From the NCBI GenBank assembly GCA_963762255.1, contig CAVXKA010000003.1, positions 640,001-704,000 on the forward strand: 64,000 nucleotides of DNA, written 5' to 3'. Positions within the stretch are counted from its first letter, which is position 1; every line of letters starts with the position of its first letter. The translations under genes were made by a program, and so were the position numbers. Origin of the DNA: Candidatus Eiseniibacteriota bacterium. Its GTDB lineage: Bacteria > Eisenbacteria > RBG-16-71-46 > JABDJR01. This document shows positions 1 to 9,570 of this stretch, piece by piece. Under the pieces are notes generated by a model. The model saw nothing but the letters and a program-made list of their open reading frames with translations. It was not told the DNA's origin and did no database searches.

Positions 1-1
1 C

Positions 2-271
2 CTCGTCTTCGTGGACGGCACGGTGCGCCTGGCCACGGGGCGGGCGGCGGAGGCGGTGCCGCTCTTCGAGTCGGTGAAGGGAACCTTCGGCAAGAGCATC
101 ATCTTCCTCAACAACTTGGCCGCGGCCTACGCGCAGAGCGGGCGGCTCGCCGAGGCAGCGGCTACGTGGGAAGAGGCGCTGGCGGAGCAGCCTGCCAACG
201 AGCGTATCCGGCGAAGCTTGACGCAGGTGCGCGCGCAGATGGATTCGCTGGCGGCGCGGGGCGGACGCTAG
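2..271 (+). CDS. TPR-repeat protein, C-terminal part (runs off window start)
   Basis: TPR-like helices (FLNNLAAAYAQSGRLAEAAATWEEALAEQP); frame is open from the window edge to TAG at 269-271. Confidence 0.75.
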   Translation, partial: LVFVDGTVRLATGRAAEAVPLFESVKGTFGKSIIFLNNLAAAYAQSGRLAEAAATWEEALAEQPANERIRRSLTQVRAQMDSLAARGGR

Positions 272-514
272 CGGGGGCGGTTGCTTGCGCGGATGTGTCG
301 GCGGATAGCCTGAAGCTCTCGTTCCGGGAACGTCCCCCGGGCGCCGAAATCCGGGCGGGTAGACGAATGCGCGCGACGGCTCATCGCACTCGGAGCCCTC
401 AGAGTGGCTCCTCGGGCTGACACCTCGGAGCGCGACGGTGGTGGGCAACACTCCGGCGGGCGTGAGCCGGAGCTAGGGATTCGCAGTGGCGGCCCAGTGG
501 GTCCGGGACCCGTC

Positions 515-563
515 AGTAGATAAGCACAAAGGGACTAAAGTAGTCCCTTTGTGCTTATCTACT
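515..563. promoter_or_regulatory. Perfect 23-bp inverted repeat with 3-bp spacer; probable AbiEi autoregulatory operator
   Basis: AGTAGATAAGCACAAAGGGACTA-AAG-TAGTCCCTTTGTGCTTATCTACT; AT-rich, just upstream of abiEi; same geometry as the S. agalactiae abiE operator. Confidence 0.8.
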
Positions 564-639
564 TGCGATGCTCCCTCGGTGCCCCGTACCCTTCCGGCAT
601 GCGACCCCGCAAGCGGAAGAGGTCGCAGGAGGGCCCATT

Positions 640-1452
640 TTGCGTAAAAACCCGCAGGATCTGGGTGGAAGCCTTGCGGCGTTGGTGGACTCCTACCAGG
701 CCACCGGCCGCTACGTCATGACGCGCGAGCAGGCCGTCGCGGCTCTCGGGATATCCGCGGAGGCACTCAAGAAGGCGGTCCAACGCCTGGTGGCCAAGCG
801 TCGCCTCGCCGTTCCTCGTCGCGGGTTCTTCGTCATCGTCCCTGTCGAATACCGCCAGGCTGGAGCGCCGCCGCCGAGTTGGTACATCGACGACCTGATG
901 AAGTTCTGCGGCCAGCGGTACTACATCGGCCTGCTCAGCGCTGCGGCACTGCACGGCGCGGCCCACCAGCAGCCACAGGAGTTCCAAGTCGTCACCGACG
1001 GGCAGGTCCGTCCGGTCGTGGCGGGCCGCGCGCGCATCCGGTTCTTTCGGAAGCTCCGTATCGAGTCGACCCCGACCATGGAGATGAAGACGGAGACAGG
1101 CGCCATGCACGTCGCCACACCGGAGGCAACCGCCCTCGACCTGTTGCGATACGTGAAGGGAGCGGGCCAGCTTGGACACGTGGCCACGGTGCTGGAGGAG
1201 CTTGCTGGGACGGTAGACGCCGAGCGCCTCGTCGAGGTCGCCGAGCTGGAGGAGGACCTGCCGAGCGCGCAGCGCCTGGGCTACCTGCTTGCTGAGGTCG
1301 GAACCGGCGATGTCTGGGCACCCCTTGCGGCGTGGATTGCGGACCAACGCCCGCGGTACGTCGCTCTCCGACCCGGGAGATCCACCCACCGTGCGAGAAA
1401 GAACGAGCGCTGGCGGGTGCTCGTCAACGAGAAGATCGAGGCCGAGGCGTGA
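640..1452 (+). CDS. abiEi: Type IV TA antitoxin, AbiEi family (wHTH plus C-terminal domain)
   Basis: RRGFFVIVPVEY, YYIGLLSAAALHGAAHQQPQEFQV, ATPEATALDL, QRLGYLL, WRVLVN; TTG start at 640 after GGAGG (ORF track starts at 568). Confidence 0.85.
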   Translation: MRKNPQDLGGSLAALVDSYQATGRYVMTREQAVAALGISAEALKKAVQRLVAKRRLAVPRRGFFVIVPVEYRQAGAPPPSWYIDDLMKFCGQRYYIGLLSAAALHGAAHQQPQEFQVVTDGQVRPVVAGRARIRFFRKLRIESTPTMEMKTETGAMHVATPEATALDLLRYVKGAGQLGHVATVLEELAGTVDAERLVEVAELEEDLPSAQRLGYLLAEVGTGDVWAPLAAWIADQRPRYVALRPGRSTHRARKNERWRVLVNEKIEAEA

Positions 1453-2279
1453 TCCCGCGCGCTCACATCACGGCCTGGCGCTCCCAGGCGCCATGGTCCA
1501 CCGACGCGCAGGTGGAGCAGGATCTCGTCATCTGCAGGGCGCTCACCGATCTGTACTCGGACGAGCTCCTGGCCCGCGAAATCGCGTTCCGCGGGGGCAC
1601 AGCCCTCCATAAGCTCCACATCGACCCGCCGAGTCGCTACTCCGAGGACATTGATCTCGTCCAGGTCCACGCCGGTCCCATCGGACCGATGCTGAACGCC
1701 ATGCGCACCCGACTCGACCCGTGGCTCGGGGAACCGCAATGGAAACAGGGACAGGGTCGCGTGACCTTCTACTACCGGTTCGAATCGGAGACCCGACCCG
1801 TCACCCCGCTCAAGCTCAAGGTCGAGATCAACACGCGGGAGCACTTCTGCGTCCTCGGTTTACGTCGGATGCGCTACATGGTGGACAGCCCGTGGTACAC
1901 CGGAGCGACGAGCGTACTCACCTATGAGCCCGAGGAACTTCTGGGAACCAAGCTGCGGGCACTCTACCAGCGCAAGAAGGGGCGGGATCTCTTCGATCTC
2001 TCGGAGGCGCTCACACGCCTGACCGGTCTCGACGCCGGGAAGGTGGTCGCCTGCTTCACGCGGTACATGGAGCACGACGGCCGGCGCGTCACCCAGACGC
2101 AGTTCGAAAGGAATATCGCCGATAAGATCGAGGACGCGATCTTTCTCGGTGACGTGCCGCCACTGCTCGCGCTCGGCGTCTCGTTTGAGCCTCCGGCAGC
2201 GCTTCGACGGGTACAAGACGCATTCATCTCTCGCCTGCCTGAGGGTGCGTCCCGGAAGAGGAAACGTCGCAAGCAATAG
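1449..2279 (+). CDS. abiEii: Type IV TA toxin, AbiEii/AbiGii nucleotidyltransferase
   Basis: APWSTDAQVEQDL, FRGGTALHKL, RYSEDIDL, KLRALYQRKKGRDLFDL; GTGA overlap with the antitoxin stop. Confidence 0.9.
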   Translation: MIPRAHITAWRSQAPWSTDAQVEQDLVICRALTDLYSDELLAREIAFRGGTALHKLHIDPPSRYSEDIDLVQVHAGPIGPMLNAMRTRLDPWLGEPQWKQGQGRVTFYYRFESETRPVTPLKLKVEINTREHFCVLGLRRMRYMVDSPWYTGATSVLTYEPEELLGTKLRALYQRKKGRDLFDLSEALTRLTGLDAGKVVACFTRYMEHDGRRVTQTQFERNIADKIEDAIFLGDVPPLLALGVSFEPPAALRRVQDAFISRLPEGASRKRKRRKQ

Positions 2280-2435
2280 TCGCAAGTGCCCCCGGCAAAC
2301 AGACAACGCAAGAGTAGAGACTATCGGTCTCACGAGTCATTTCCCCACGCACGATTCGTCCCTGGTCCATGCACTTGTGGAGCGAGCCCTCGTTCGCGGG
2401 TCCGGATGAAGGGCGAGGACTCCCCCGGCCGCAAC

Positions 2436-3287
2436 CTATAGGGGCCGCAGTATTGCCCCGTAGCTGGAGGTGAGCCACTCCTCGACGAGCGGGTTCCGGA
2501 GCCAGCCCCGCTCCCGGATCGGCCCCGGGCCGTAACAGCGTTCGGCCTCCAGCGCCCAGACGCCGTCCTCCCGCACCCAACGGCGGAAATCGGCGATCCG
2601 GATGGTGTGCACGTCGTTTCGGAAGAAGTCCACCATGTCGCGGGAGAGCGCGTCCGCTGCGGCGCGGCCCTCGGCGGTGGACGCGCGCGCCGCGTCGAGC
2701 CGGCACTGGGCGACGACCGCCGCCTCCAGGGTGTCCCGGCTGAACAGGAGCTGACACCAGGGGAGACGAATCACCTGAGTGAGGTGGCTCCCCCGCGGCG
2801 CGCCCCAGGGGTTGAAGACCAGGACAAACCGCCCCTCGGGCCGCAGGCACCGGCGGAAGTCCCGAAGCATCTCCCGCGGCTTCCCCACATGCTCGAGAAG
2901 ATCGGTGCAGACCACCCGGTCGAAGGCGGCGTCGGCGAAGGGAAGGCGGGCGGCGTCGGCGGCCACCTTGACGATCCTCTCCAACCCCTGTGAGCGATGG
3001 TAGTCCATCGCCCGCCGGAGATGGACCATCGAGAGGTCCACTCCCACGATCCTCTCAAGGCCTGGCGTGGCCTCGGCGAGGCGATGCGTCCGCCCGCCGC
3101 TTCCGCAGCCCACATCCAACAGCGAGGTGGGCGGGCTCCCCCCGACTTCCTTCCACAGGTCGAGCAGAAAGCCGCTGGTCGCGTACTGCCAATCGGCGTG
3201 AGTGGTCCCCCCGGGGAGGCCCGGGAGGGCGGGCGAGGGGAAGATTCGGTTGGCGGCCAGGAGCGCCTGAACACCGAGACGACTCAT
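2436..3287 (-). CDS. Class I SAM-dependent methyltransferase
   Basis: LLDVGCGSG, ADAARLPFADAAFDRV, LLEHV, LRPEG; ATG at 3287. Confidence 0.85.
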   Translation of the reverse strand: MSRLGVQALLAANRIFPSPALPGLPGGTTHADWQYATSGFLLDLWKEVGGSPPTSLLDVGCGSGGRTHRLAEATPGLERIVGVDLSMVHLRRAMDYHRSQGLERIVKVAADAARLPFADAAFDRVVCTDLLEHVGKPREMLRDFRRCLRPEGRFVLVFNPWGAPRGSHLTQVIRLPWCQLLFSRDTLEAAVVAQCRLDAARASTAEGRAAADALSRDMVDFFRNDVHTIRIADFRRWVREDGVWALEAERCYGPGPIRERGWLRNPLVEEWLTSSYGAILRPL

Positions 3288-3321
3288 GCGCACCGGCCCT
3301 TTCGGGACGGACGGCGCGTGA

Positions 3322-5304
3322 TCAACGATCCACCGGAATCGCATCCTCGCGGAAGCGTCGGAGCTGCTCGCGGTACGCCGGCGCGTCCGCCAGCCGCAGC
3401 GCATCCTCCTCGACCCGTACCGCCTCATCGCGCCTGCCCTGCCGGAAGAGCGTCTCCGCAAGCGTGTCCAACCACTCCGCGTTCGCGCCATCCAGCGCCA
3501 CCGCGCGGCGCGAGAGCGATTCGGCTTGCGCAGCGCCGGCAAGCTTCGTGGCCAGCAGCCACGCCAGGTTGTTCAGGGCGGCGCCGTCTTCGGGGCGCAG
3601 CTCAACCACCCGGCGCCACGCCTCGGCGGCTCCAGCGTCATCGCCCAGGCGCTGGGCGGCCGTCGCCAGGTTGTGCCACGCGTCGGCCCGCTCCGGCTCA
3701 TGTTGCGCGATCTCTGCGAAGCGCGCCCTTGCGTCCGCCGCGCGGCCGGTGTTGAGCCAGAGCACTCCTTCGTTCATCAACGACACCATATCGCTCGGAT
3801 TCAGGCGGAGCGACTCGGCGAGCGGCGCCCGCGCCTCCTCCCATCGTCCGGCCTGCATGTGACCGGTTGCAAGCTGGGCCCAACTCTCCTCGTAGTCGGG
3901 CGCCAACTCCACCGCGCGCTCGAACGCATGGATCGCTTCGTCGGTGCGCCCCTCGTCCTGATAACTGCGCCCGAGGTTGTACCACGCGCGGGGGGCACGC
4001 GGCTCGGCACGCACCGAGGCCTCGAAGAGTGCGATGTCGTCATGCCAAGCCGGCAGATACGCAGCGGCGCGCACGGCATACGCCGCGCAGAGCGCGACCA
4101 TGAGGAACGCGAAAACCACGCCCGCACGCGGCGGGCGCACCGGTCTGCGCGGATCGCGCGCGGCCAGGCGAAGCGCCTTCTCACCCCGGTCGCGCGCGGG
4201 ATCGAGGAAGAACGCGGCGAGCGCGGCCAGCACAAGGCACCATCCCGCCGACGGCCAGTAGAGCACGCGATCGGCGAGTACGGTGCCGAGCGTGAACACG
4301 AGGTTCATGACCAGAAGCGCGGAAACAAGGACCCACACCGCGCCGACCAGCGCGGCGGGACGGCCGGGCAGCGCGAGGTTGCGCCCGCCCCAGAGCGCCG
4401 CCGCCAGCGCGCCGCCCAGGAGCAGCACCCCCCCCCAGAGTCGCGGGTCGAGGAGGCTTCCGGTCACTGCCACCGCCGGACCGGAGAAGTCCGGCGCGAG
4501 CGTGACCGGGAAGACGAGGTGGACGAGATCGAGGCCGACCACGCGCAGGCCGCCCAGCACGCGATCCACACCGTGCAACGCCACCAGCGGATTGTCGAAC
4601 GGCGTGACCGTCGCGCCGGGTGCGTTGAGCCAACCCCCGAGCACATGGCGGCGAAGCGCGAGATGCGCGGCGATCCCGATCGCGTACCCCGCCCACGCGG
4701 GCCGCGCCGCCCGCACGCTGCGACCGCGCGCTATGTCGAGAGCGGCGGCGAAGAAGGGAAGCGCCCACGCGCTCTCCTTCGTACCCGCGGCGAGAAAAGC
4801 AAGCACCGCCGCCCATGCGATCGCGCCGCGCCGCGCGCCGCCCCGGTCGTGAAGGATCAGGGCAAGCAGCATCCAGAACGCGGCCAAGAGCTCCGCGCGC
4901 CCCACCAGCCCCGCGACCGCCTCCACGTGCACCGGATGAACGGCGAAGAGAAGTCCGCCAAGCGCGGCGGGAAGCGAACCGAGACCCAGCATAAGGAGCA
5001 ATCGCACGAGCAGGAACGTCACCGCGGCGTGGAGGAGCACGTTCACCGCGTGGCGGGCGGGAAGCGGCAGGTCGGCCTTCCCCTCCAGCCAGAACGTGGT
5101 GCTCAGGATCGGGCGGAAGAGGCCGCCGCGCTCCGCGGTCCCCCAATAGGGTTGCGACCACACATCGCCGAAGCCGCGCGTCTCCGCGACCCCGGGTGCA
5201 GTGACCTGGTGTATGTCGTCGAAGGTGCGGTCGTATCGAAGGGTCGGCGCGTAGAGCGCGAGCGCGGCGAGGACCGGCAGCACCAGGGCAAGTAGGCGGT
5301 TCAT
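3322..5304 (-). CDS. TMTC-like (DUF1736) GT-C protein O-mannosyltransferase with C-terminal TPRs
   Basis: FDD, FRPI, LFAVHPVHVEAV..LVGRAELL, KES, DNPL, L.PDFS, ADRVLYWPS, WHDDIALF, then TPRs. Confidence 0.85.
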   Translation of the reverse strand: MNRLLALVLPVLAALALYAPTLRYDRTFDDIHQVTAPGVAETRGFGDVWSQPYWGTAERGGLFRPILSTTFWLEGKADLPLPARHAVNVLLHAAVTFLLVRLLLMLGLGSLPAALGGLLFAVHPVHVEAVAGLVGRAELLAAFWMLLALILHDRGGARRGAIAWAAVLAFLAAGTKESAWALPFFAAALDIARGRSVRAARPAWAGYAIGIAAHLALRRHVLGGWLNAPGATVTPFDNPLVALHGVDRVLGGLRVVGLDLVHLVFPVTLAPDFSGPAVAVTGSLLDPRLWGGVLLLGGALAAALWGGRNLALPGRPAALVGAVWVLVSALLVMNLVFTLGTVLADRVLYWPSAGWCLVLAALAAFFLDPARDRGEKALRLAARDPRRPVRPPRAGVVFAFLMVALCAAYAVRAAAYLPAWHDDIALFEASVRAEPRAPRAWYNLGRSYQDEGRTDEAIHAFERAVELAPDYEESWAQLATGHMQAGRWEEARAPLAESLRLNPSDMVSLMNEGVLWLNTGRAADARARFAEIAQHEPERADAWHNLATAAQRLGDDAGAAEAWRRVVELRPEDGAALNNLAWLLATKLAGAAQAESLSRRAVALDGANAEWLDTLAETLFRQGRRDEAVRVEEDALRLADAPAYREQLRRFREDAIPVDR

Positions 5305-5415
5305 ATCGGAGAACTCTACGAGGATCCGCGCGTGGAGGCTAGGGGCGCGAGCAGGCCCGCCGGCCGGGCACGCGCGACGCCCGCCGCGCGCCCGCCGGAC
5401 CGACGCCCCCGACGG

Positions 5416-7014
5416 CTACTGGATGTACGGGATCGCCTTGAGCGCCTCGCGCTCCTGATCGGTAAGGGTCGACGGCGGCGGCCGGTCGAGCAGGAATCCC
5501 TCCACCGGCTCCACGCTGGGCGGATGCGCGGCGAGAAAATCCGGATCCATCGCCTCGGTGAGCACGCGCCCGTCCACGTCGTCGGGGATCGGCTGGCGCA
5601 TGATGGCCAGAAGCGTGGGCATCACGTCCAGGATCCGGGCGCCCTTGAAATCGCCGCCGCGAGCGAGACGCTCGCGCAACGTGCCGCCGCCGCCATGCTT
5701 CATCTGAGGCCCGCGCACGGCGATGATCCCCTCGGGGCGGTGATACGCAGAGAAGGAGGTCGTCCACACGTCCTGGATGACGGGTACCCCCACCGAGTCC
5801 GGCACCCCGCGGGTCACGAAGTACTTCGCCGTCTCGTCGAAGATCACGTCGGGAGCCTTCTCCATCATGCGCCCGGTGTAGATGTCTTCGCGCCGGTACA
5901 CGTGCTCGAACGGGCAGAGCCCGGTCTGGGGATCCTTCAGTTCCTTGCACATCACCTGGAACTTGTCGATGAACGCCTCGCGATCCGAGGAGCCGCTCAA
6001 CGTCCCGTCCAGGGTGTAGTGGAGAAGGCCGTTGGTGATCATCATGGACGGAATGGCGTGGGTGGTGAGCCACGCCGGCAGATCGGTCTCGGGGAGCCAG
6101 TTCGCCATGTTCACCTGGCGATAGATGGCGTCGAACCCGTGATCCGACATGATCAGCACGGTGGCGTCTTTGGGGAGCAGGGCCATCATTTCGCCGAACG
6201 TCTTGTCCTCCAACCTCCAGAGGTCAAGGATCGCGTTGCCGAACTTCGCTCCGCCCTCCGGCGTGTAGCCGGGGTGGTTCTTGTCCATGTACTTCCAGAA
6301 GAAGTGCTGGACCTTGTCCGTGCCGGTGAAGACGAGCCAGCAGAAGTCGTAGTTGCCGGTACCGAGCCAGTCGAGGGCCACGCGCCGGCGCGCCTCCTCC
6401 CCCTTCATGAAGTCGGCAAACAACGTCTCGGGGGTGCGCCCGAACATGTTGAGGCCGAGGTAATCGAGCGGGTAGTCCTTGAGCTTCGCGTGCAGCTCTG
6501 GCGGATAGGTGATGTTCACGTCGCCGCTCGGGAAGGGGAAGCCGCTGATCATCTCCCCGCGCACCGGATCGGGCGGGTAGGTCATGGGCACGTTCATCAC
6601 CGCGACGCGTTTCCCGACGTCGGAGAGGAGCATCCAGATCGGTTGCGCGCGACGGTGGGTGGCGGTCTCGATGAGCAGTTCTCCGCTGGCGGGGTCGATC
6701 TTCTGGAAGTCGAAGATGCCGGTCTTACCCGGGTTGCAGCCGGTGTAGCCGGAGGTCCAACAGACCGGGCTCAAGATAGGGTGTACGGTGGTGAGGCCGC
6801 CGATCTCGGCGGTCTCCAGGAACGCCTTCAGGTTGGGCAGCTCCCCCGCCTCCATCCACGGCACAAGCAGATCCCAGTCCGCACCGTCCAAACCGATGAC
6901 GACGACGGGCGCCTGGCGGCTCTTGCCGCAGCCGGGAAGGAGGGCGGACAGGGTGACGAGGGCCGCGGCGAGAGCGACGGCCAACGCGGCCAAACGAAGA
7001 GGGCGCAATTGCAT
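5416..7014 (-). CDS. Alkaline phosphatase superfamily (type I phosphodiesterase/nucleotide pyrophosphatase) lipoprotein
   Basis: Lipobox LPGC; IGLDGA, SPVCWTS..TG.NPGKTGIFDF, DKVQH, SDHGF, HRPEGI, DVMPTLL. Confidence 0.85.
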   Translation of the reverse strand: MQLRPLRLAALAVALAAALVTLSALLPGCGKSRQAPVVVIGLDGADWDLLVPWMEAGELPNLKAFLETAEIGGLTTVHPILSPVCWTSGYTGCNPGKTGIFDFQKIDPASGELLIETATHRRAQPIWMLLSDVGKRVAVMNVPMTYPPDPVRGEMISGFPFPSGDVNITYPPELHAKLKDYPLDYLGLNMFGRTPETLFADFMKGEEARRRVALDWLGTGNYDFCWLVFTGTDKVQHFFWKYMDKNHPGYTPEGGAKFGNAILDLWRLEDKTFGEMMALLPKDATVLIMSDHGFDAIYRQVNMANWLPETDLPAWLTTHAIPSMMITNGLLHYTLDGTLSGSSDREAFIDKFQVMCKELKDPQTGLCPFEHVYRREDIYTGRMMEKAPDVIFDETAKYFVTRGVPDSVGVPVIQDVWTTSFSAYHRPEGIIAVRGPQMKHGGGGTLRERLARGGDFKGARILDVMPTLLAIMRQPIPDDVDGRVLTEAMDPDFLAAHPPSVEPVEGFLLDRPPPSTLTDQEREALKAIPYIQ

Positions 7015-7047
7015 GAGTTCAGCTCCAGCGACGTGATAACGAAGGAC

Positions 7048-7112
7048 GGGTGCTCACCCGGGTGATCATCCGGGTGATCATCCGGGCCGAGTGCTCACCC
7101 GGGTGATCATCC
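7048..7112. repeat. Five 12-bp near-palindromic tandem units G(G/A)GTG(A/C)TCA(T/C)CC
   Basis: Units start at 7048, 7060, 7072, 7089 and 7101, with a 5-bp GGGCC interruption. Confidence 0.85.
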
Positions 7113-7200
7113 GGCGGACCGATAAGTATACCCGATCCCCGCCGGCCCGCGCGCGGCAGGAGGCGGTTGGGGCCCGATCGTTCGCGATGGACTCCGCGCG

Positions 7201-7926
7201 TCAGTACGCGCGCTTGATCGCCCCCCACGTGCTCCGCACGACCGGCGTGTCCCGGATGCAATCCGTCCCAGAGTGTGTGCAGGGGTTGCAGCCGCCGTAC
7301 GAGGAGACAGCGTGGAAGCCAACTGATCCAACGGTGGACCAGCAACAGCGATAGGTGGTCGAGCCGTCGCAGTCCACGACAGCCAGCACCGGGTTAACTC
7401 CAAGGTTCCAATCCGGGGTGACCTGGAAGACGTCCTCGGTGTACGCGTAGAGATAGAACGCGCCGGCGACGGCGTGGACGCCATAATCAGCGATCACAGC
7501 GCGCTGGCAGTTGGTGTCCGCAGACCACACAATGCGATTGCCGCCCCCGGCTGCCGGCCACTCGCCGTGGATACCGGCGTCGGGGAACTCCTGATCGGCG
7601 CACAGCGTCCAACCGAACACGTCCACGCCTTGGGCCACGGTGGGGTTGTAGTAGATGCCGCAGGTGGCACCGGCGACACCCGCAACGGCATATGCTTGCG
7701 CGATGACCAGATACACGTCGGTGGTTCTGCGGACAGGCCACTCGGTGTTGTAGTCGTCACAACTGATGGTCGGCTTCCAGGTGGTGCACGTCGTAGCCGA
7801 CTTGGTCGTGTGGGCCCTGGCGCAGAGCGCAAACACCGCGCCGTCCTGGGTACCCGCGTCCACGCTCGGCGATGCAGCCAGCGAGGCCGCGAACGCGACC
7901 ATCACGCAGAGATAGAGAGCTTTCAT
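7201..7926 (-). CDS. Secreted Cys-rich protein with C-terminal TWGxIK motif
   Basis: Signal peptide MKALYLC...; core shared with the 10465 and 11415 proteins (GVDVFGWTLCAD, WP..GGGNRI.W, VHAVAGAFYLYAY); ends PVVRSTWGAIKRAY. Confidence 0.8.
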   Translation of the reverse strand: MKALYLCVMVAFAASLAASPSVDAGTQDGAVFALCARAHTTKSATTCTTWKPTISCDDYNTEWPVRRTTDVYLVIAQAYAVAGVAGATCGIYYNPTVAQGVDVFGWTLCADQEFPDAGIHGEWPAAGGGNRIVWSADTNCQRAVIADYGVHAVAGAFYLYAYTEDVFQVTPDWNLGVNPVLAVVDCDGSTTYRCCWSTVGSVGFHAVSSYGGCNPCTHSGTDCIRDTPVVRSTWGAIKRAY

Positions 7927-7983
7927 GGGCGCCTCGAGCGTGCACGGGGGTAGCGGTGGCGCCGGGAGCCTCAACGGACTCTA

Positions 7984-9543
7984 TTATTGCACATAGGGCA
8001 CGGCTTTGATCCGCTCGCGATCCTCGTCCCCCGTCTCCCGCGCCTCCCCGGCCTCGCGCACCACCGGATGGGCCTTGGCGTACTCCGGCGCGAAGAGCGG
8101 GGTGAGCACGTCCCCCTCCATGTAGCCCGGCACCGCGAGCCCGGCCAGGTACATGAGGGTGGGGGTGATGTCGATGAGTCCCTGGCGTCCCTCGATGTGC
8201 CCCTTGCCGAACATCGGCCCCGACGCGATCAGGATCCCGTGGATCTCATGGTGCGCGCTGAACGAGAACGCGGGGGTGCCGAACGGCTCCTTGTCCCCCT
8301 CCTCGTTGATCAGGTAGTAGGGCGGCCGCGCCAGGAACACCAGATCGGGCGCCTTGTCCACGTAGCGTCCGCGATAGACGTCCTCGCGGCGCGCGCCGAA
8401 GAGCACCGGCGAGGCGCCTCCCTCCGGATCGCGCGCGGCCAGCACCCGCGCGAGGATGTCGTCCACGATGCGGTCGTGCTCCTCCTGCGTGATCGTGGTG
8501 TTGCGCTCGCGCCCCTGCACCGGCACGTAGAGAAGGGTCGCGTTGGTCTCGAGACTGTAGGCCGAGGTGATGGGCGGCTTGCCGTCCGTGGGGTTCCGCA
8601 GGAAGGACTGCGGGCGAAACGCGCGGTGCACGCCGCAGAAGCCGTGATCGGAGAGAACGATCACCGCCAGCTCGCGCCCCTCCTTGTCGGCCTGCGCCTG
8701 CGCCTGATCCACCAGCGCCCCCACCGCGGCGTCGAGTTCGCGGTAGAGCTTCCGGATGCTGTCTCCGAAGCGCGGCGCGAGGGCGGCGTCGTAGAAGGGA
8801 TGCTCCTTTTCCATGAATTTCCAGAAGAAATGCTGCATGCGGTCGGTGCCGGTGAAGACGACCCAGGTGAGATCGAGATCGGGGTGCTCCGCGCCAAGCC
8901 TCAGCGCGGTGTCGCGGCGGCGGTGGAACGTGTCGAGGATCTCCTCCTCCAGCGCGCCTTCCTCTCCTTCGATGAGGGCCTCGCCCATGCGGTCGAGCCG
9001 GTAGCCGCGCCGGTGCAGGTCCGCCTCCAGTTCCGGCGGATAGGCGTAGCCGGTCGTGTCGGGATGCGGCAGCCCCGCGATCATGAAACCGTTGACCGGA
9101 TCGGGGGGATCGGTCATCGGGATGTTCACGATGCCCACCTTCCGCCCTTCGTCGGAGAGGAGCGTCCAGAGCGCGGGCACGCGCCGACCTGCCGCGGTCT
9201 CGCTCAACGCAATCATCGAGTCGGGATCGAGCCGGAAGAAATCGTAGATGCCGTGCTGGCCCGGGTTCACGCCGGTGAAGGCGGTGGTCCAGGCCGGCGG
9301 CGACAGAGGCGGAATCACCGACTGGAGCGTCCCCCACGCGCCGCCGTCCCTGAGCGCCTTCATGCGCGGCAGGTACCCAGCCTCCATCCAGGGGGTCATG
9401 AGATCGAAGGTGGCGCCGTCCAGCCCGACGACGAGGATCTTGGGCGCGGGCTTCTCGCTACCGCCGCACCCGGCGGCAAGCACCAGCAAGATCAGCCCGA
9501 ACAGGGCAGTCGAAACGCGGCGATGATGCTTCATGATGTCCAC
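7984..9543 (-). CDS. Alkaline phosphatase superfamily lipoprotein (paralog of 5416..7014)
   Basis: Lipobox AAGC; VGLDGA, SPPAWTT..TGVNPGQHGIYDF, DRMQH, SDHGF; ends KAVPYVQ. Confidence 0.85.
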   Translation of the reverse strand: MDIMKHHRRVSTALFGLILLVLAAGCGGSEKPAPKILVVGLDGATFDLMTPWMEAGYLPRMKALRDGGAWGTLQSVIPPLSPPAWTTAFTGVNPGQHGIYDFFRLDPDSMIALSETAAGRRVPALWTLLSDEGRKVGIVNIPMTDPPDPVNGFMIAGLPHPDTTGYAYPPELEADLHRRGYRLDRMGEALIEGEEGALEEEILDTFHRRRDTALRLGAEHPDLDLTWVVFTGTDRMQHFFWKFMEKEHPFYDAALAPRFGDSIRKLYRELDAAVGALVDQAQAQADKEGRELAVIVLSDHGFCGVHRAFRPQSFLRNPTDGKPPITSAYSLETNATLLYVPVQGRERNTTITQEEHDRIVDDILARVLAARDPEGGASPVLFGARREDVYRGRYVDKAPDLVFLARPPYYLINEEGDKEPFGTPAFSFSAHHEIHGILIASGPMFGKGHIEGRQGLIDITPTLMYLAGLAVPGYMEGDVLTPLFAPEYAKAHPVVREAGEARETGDEDRERIKAVPYVQ

Positions 9544-9570
9544 GGGGTTCGACGGGGTGATGAACGAGGC

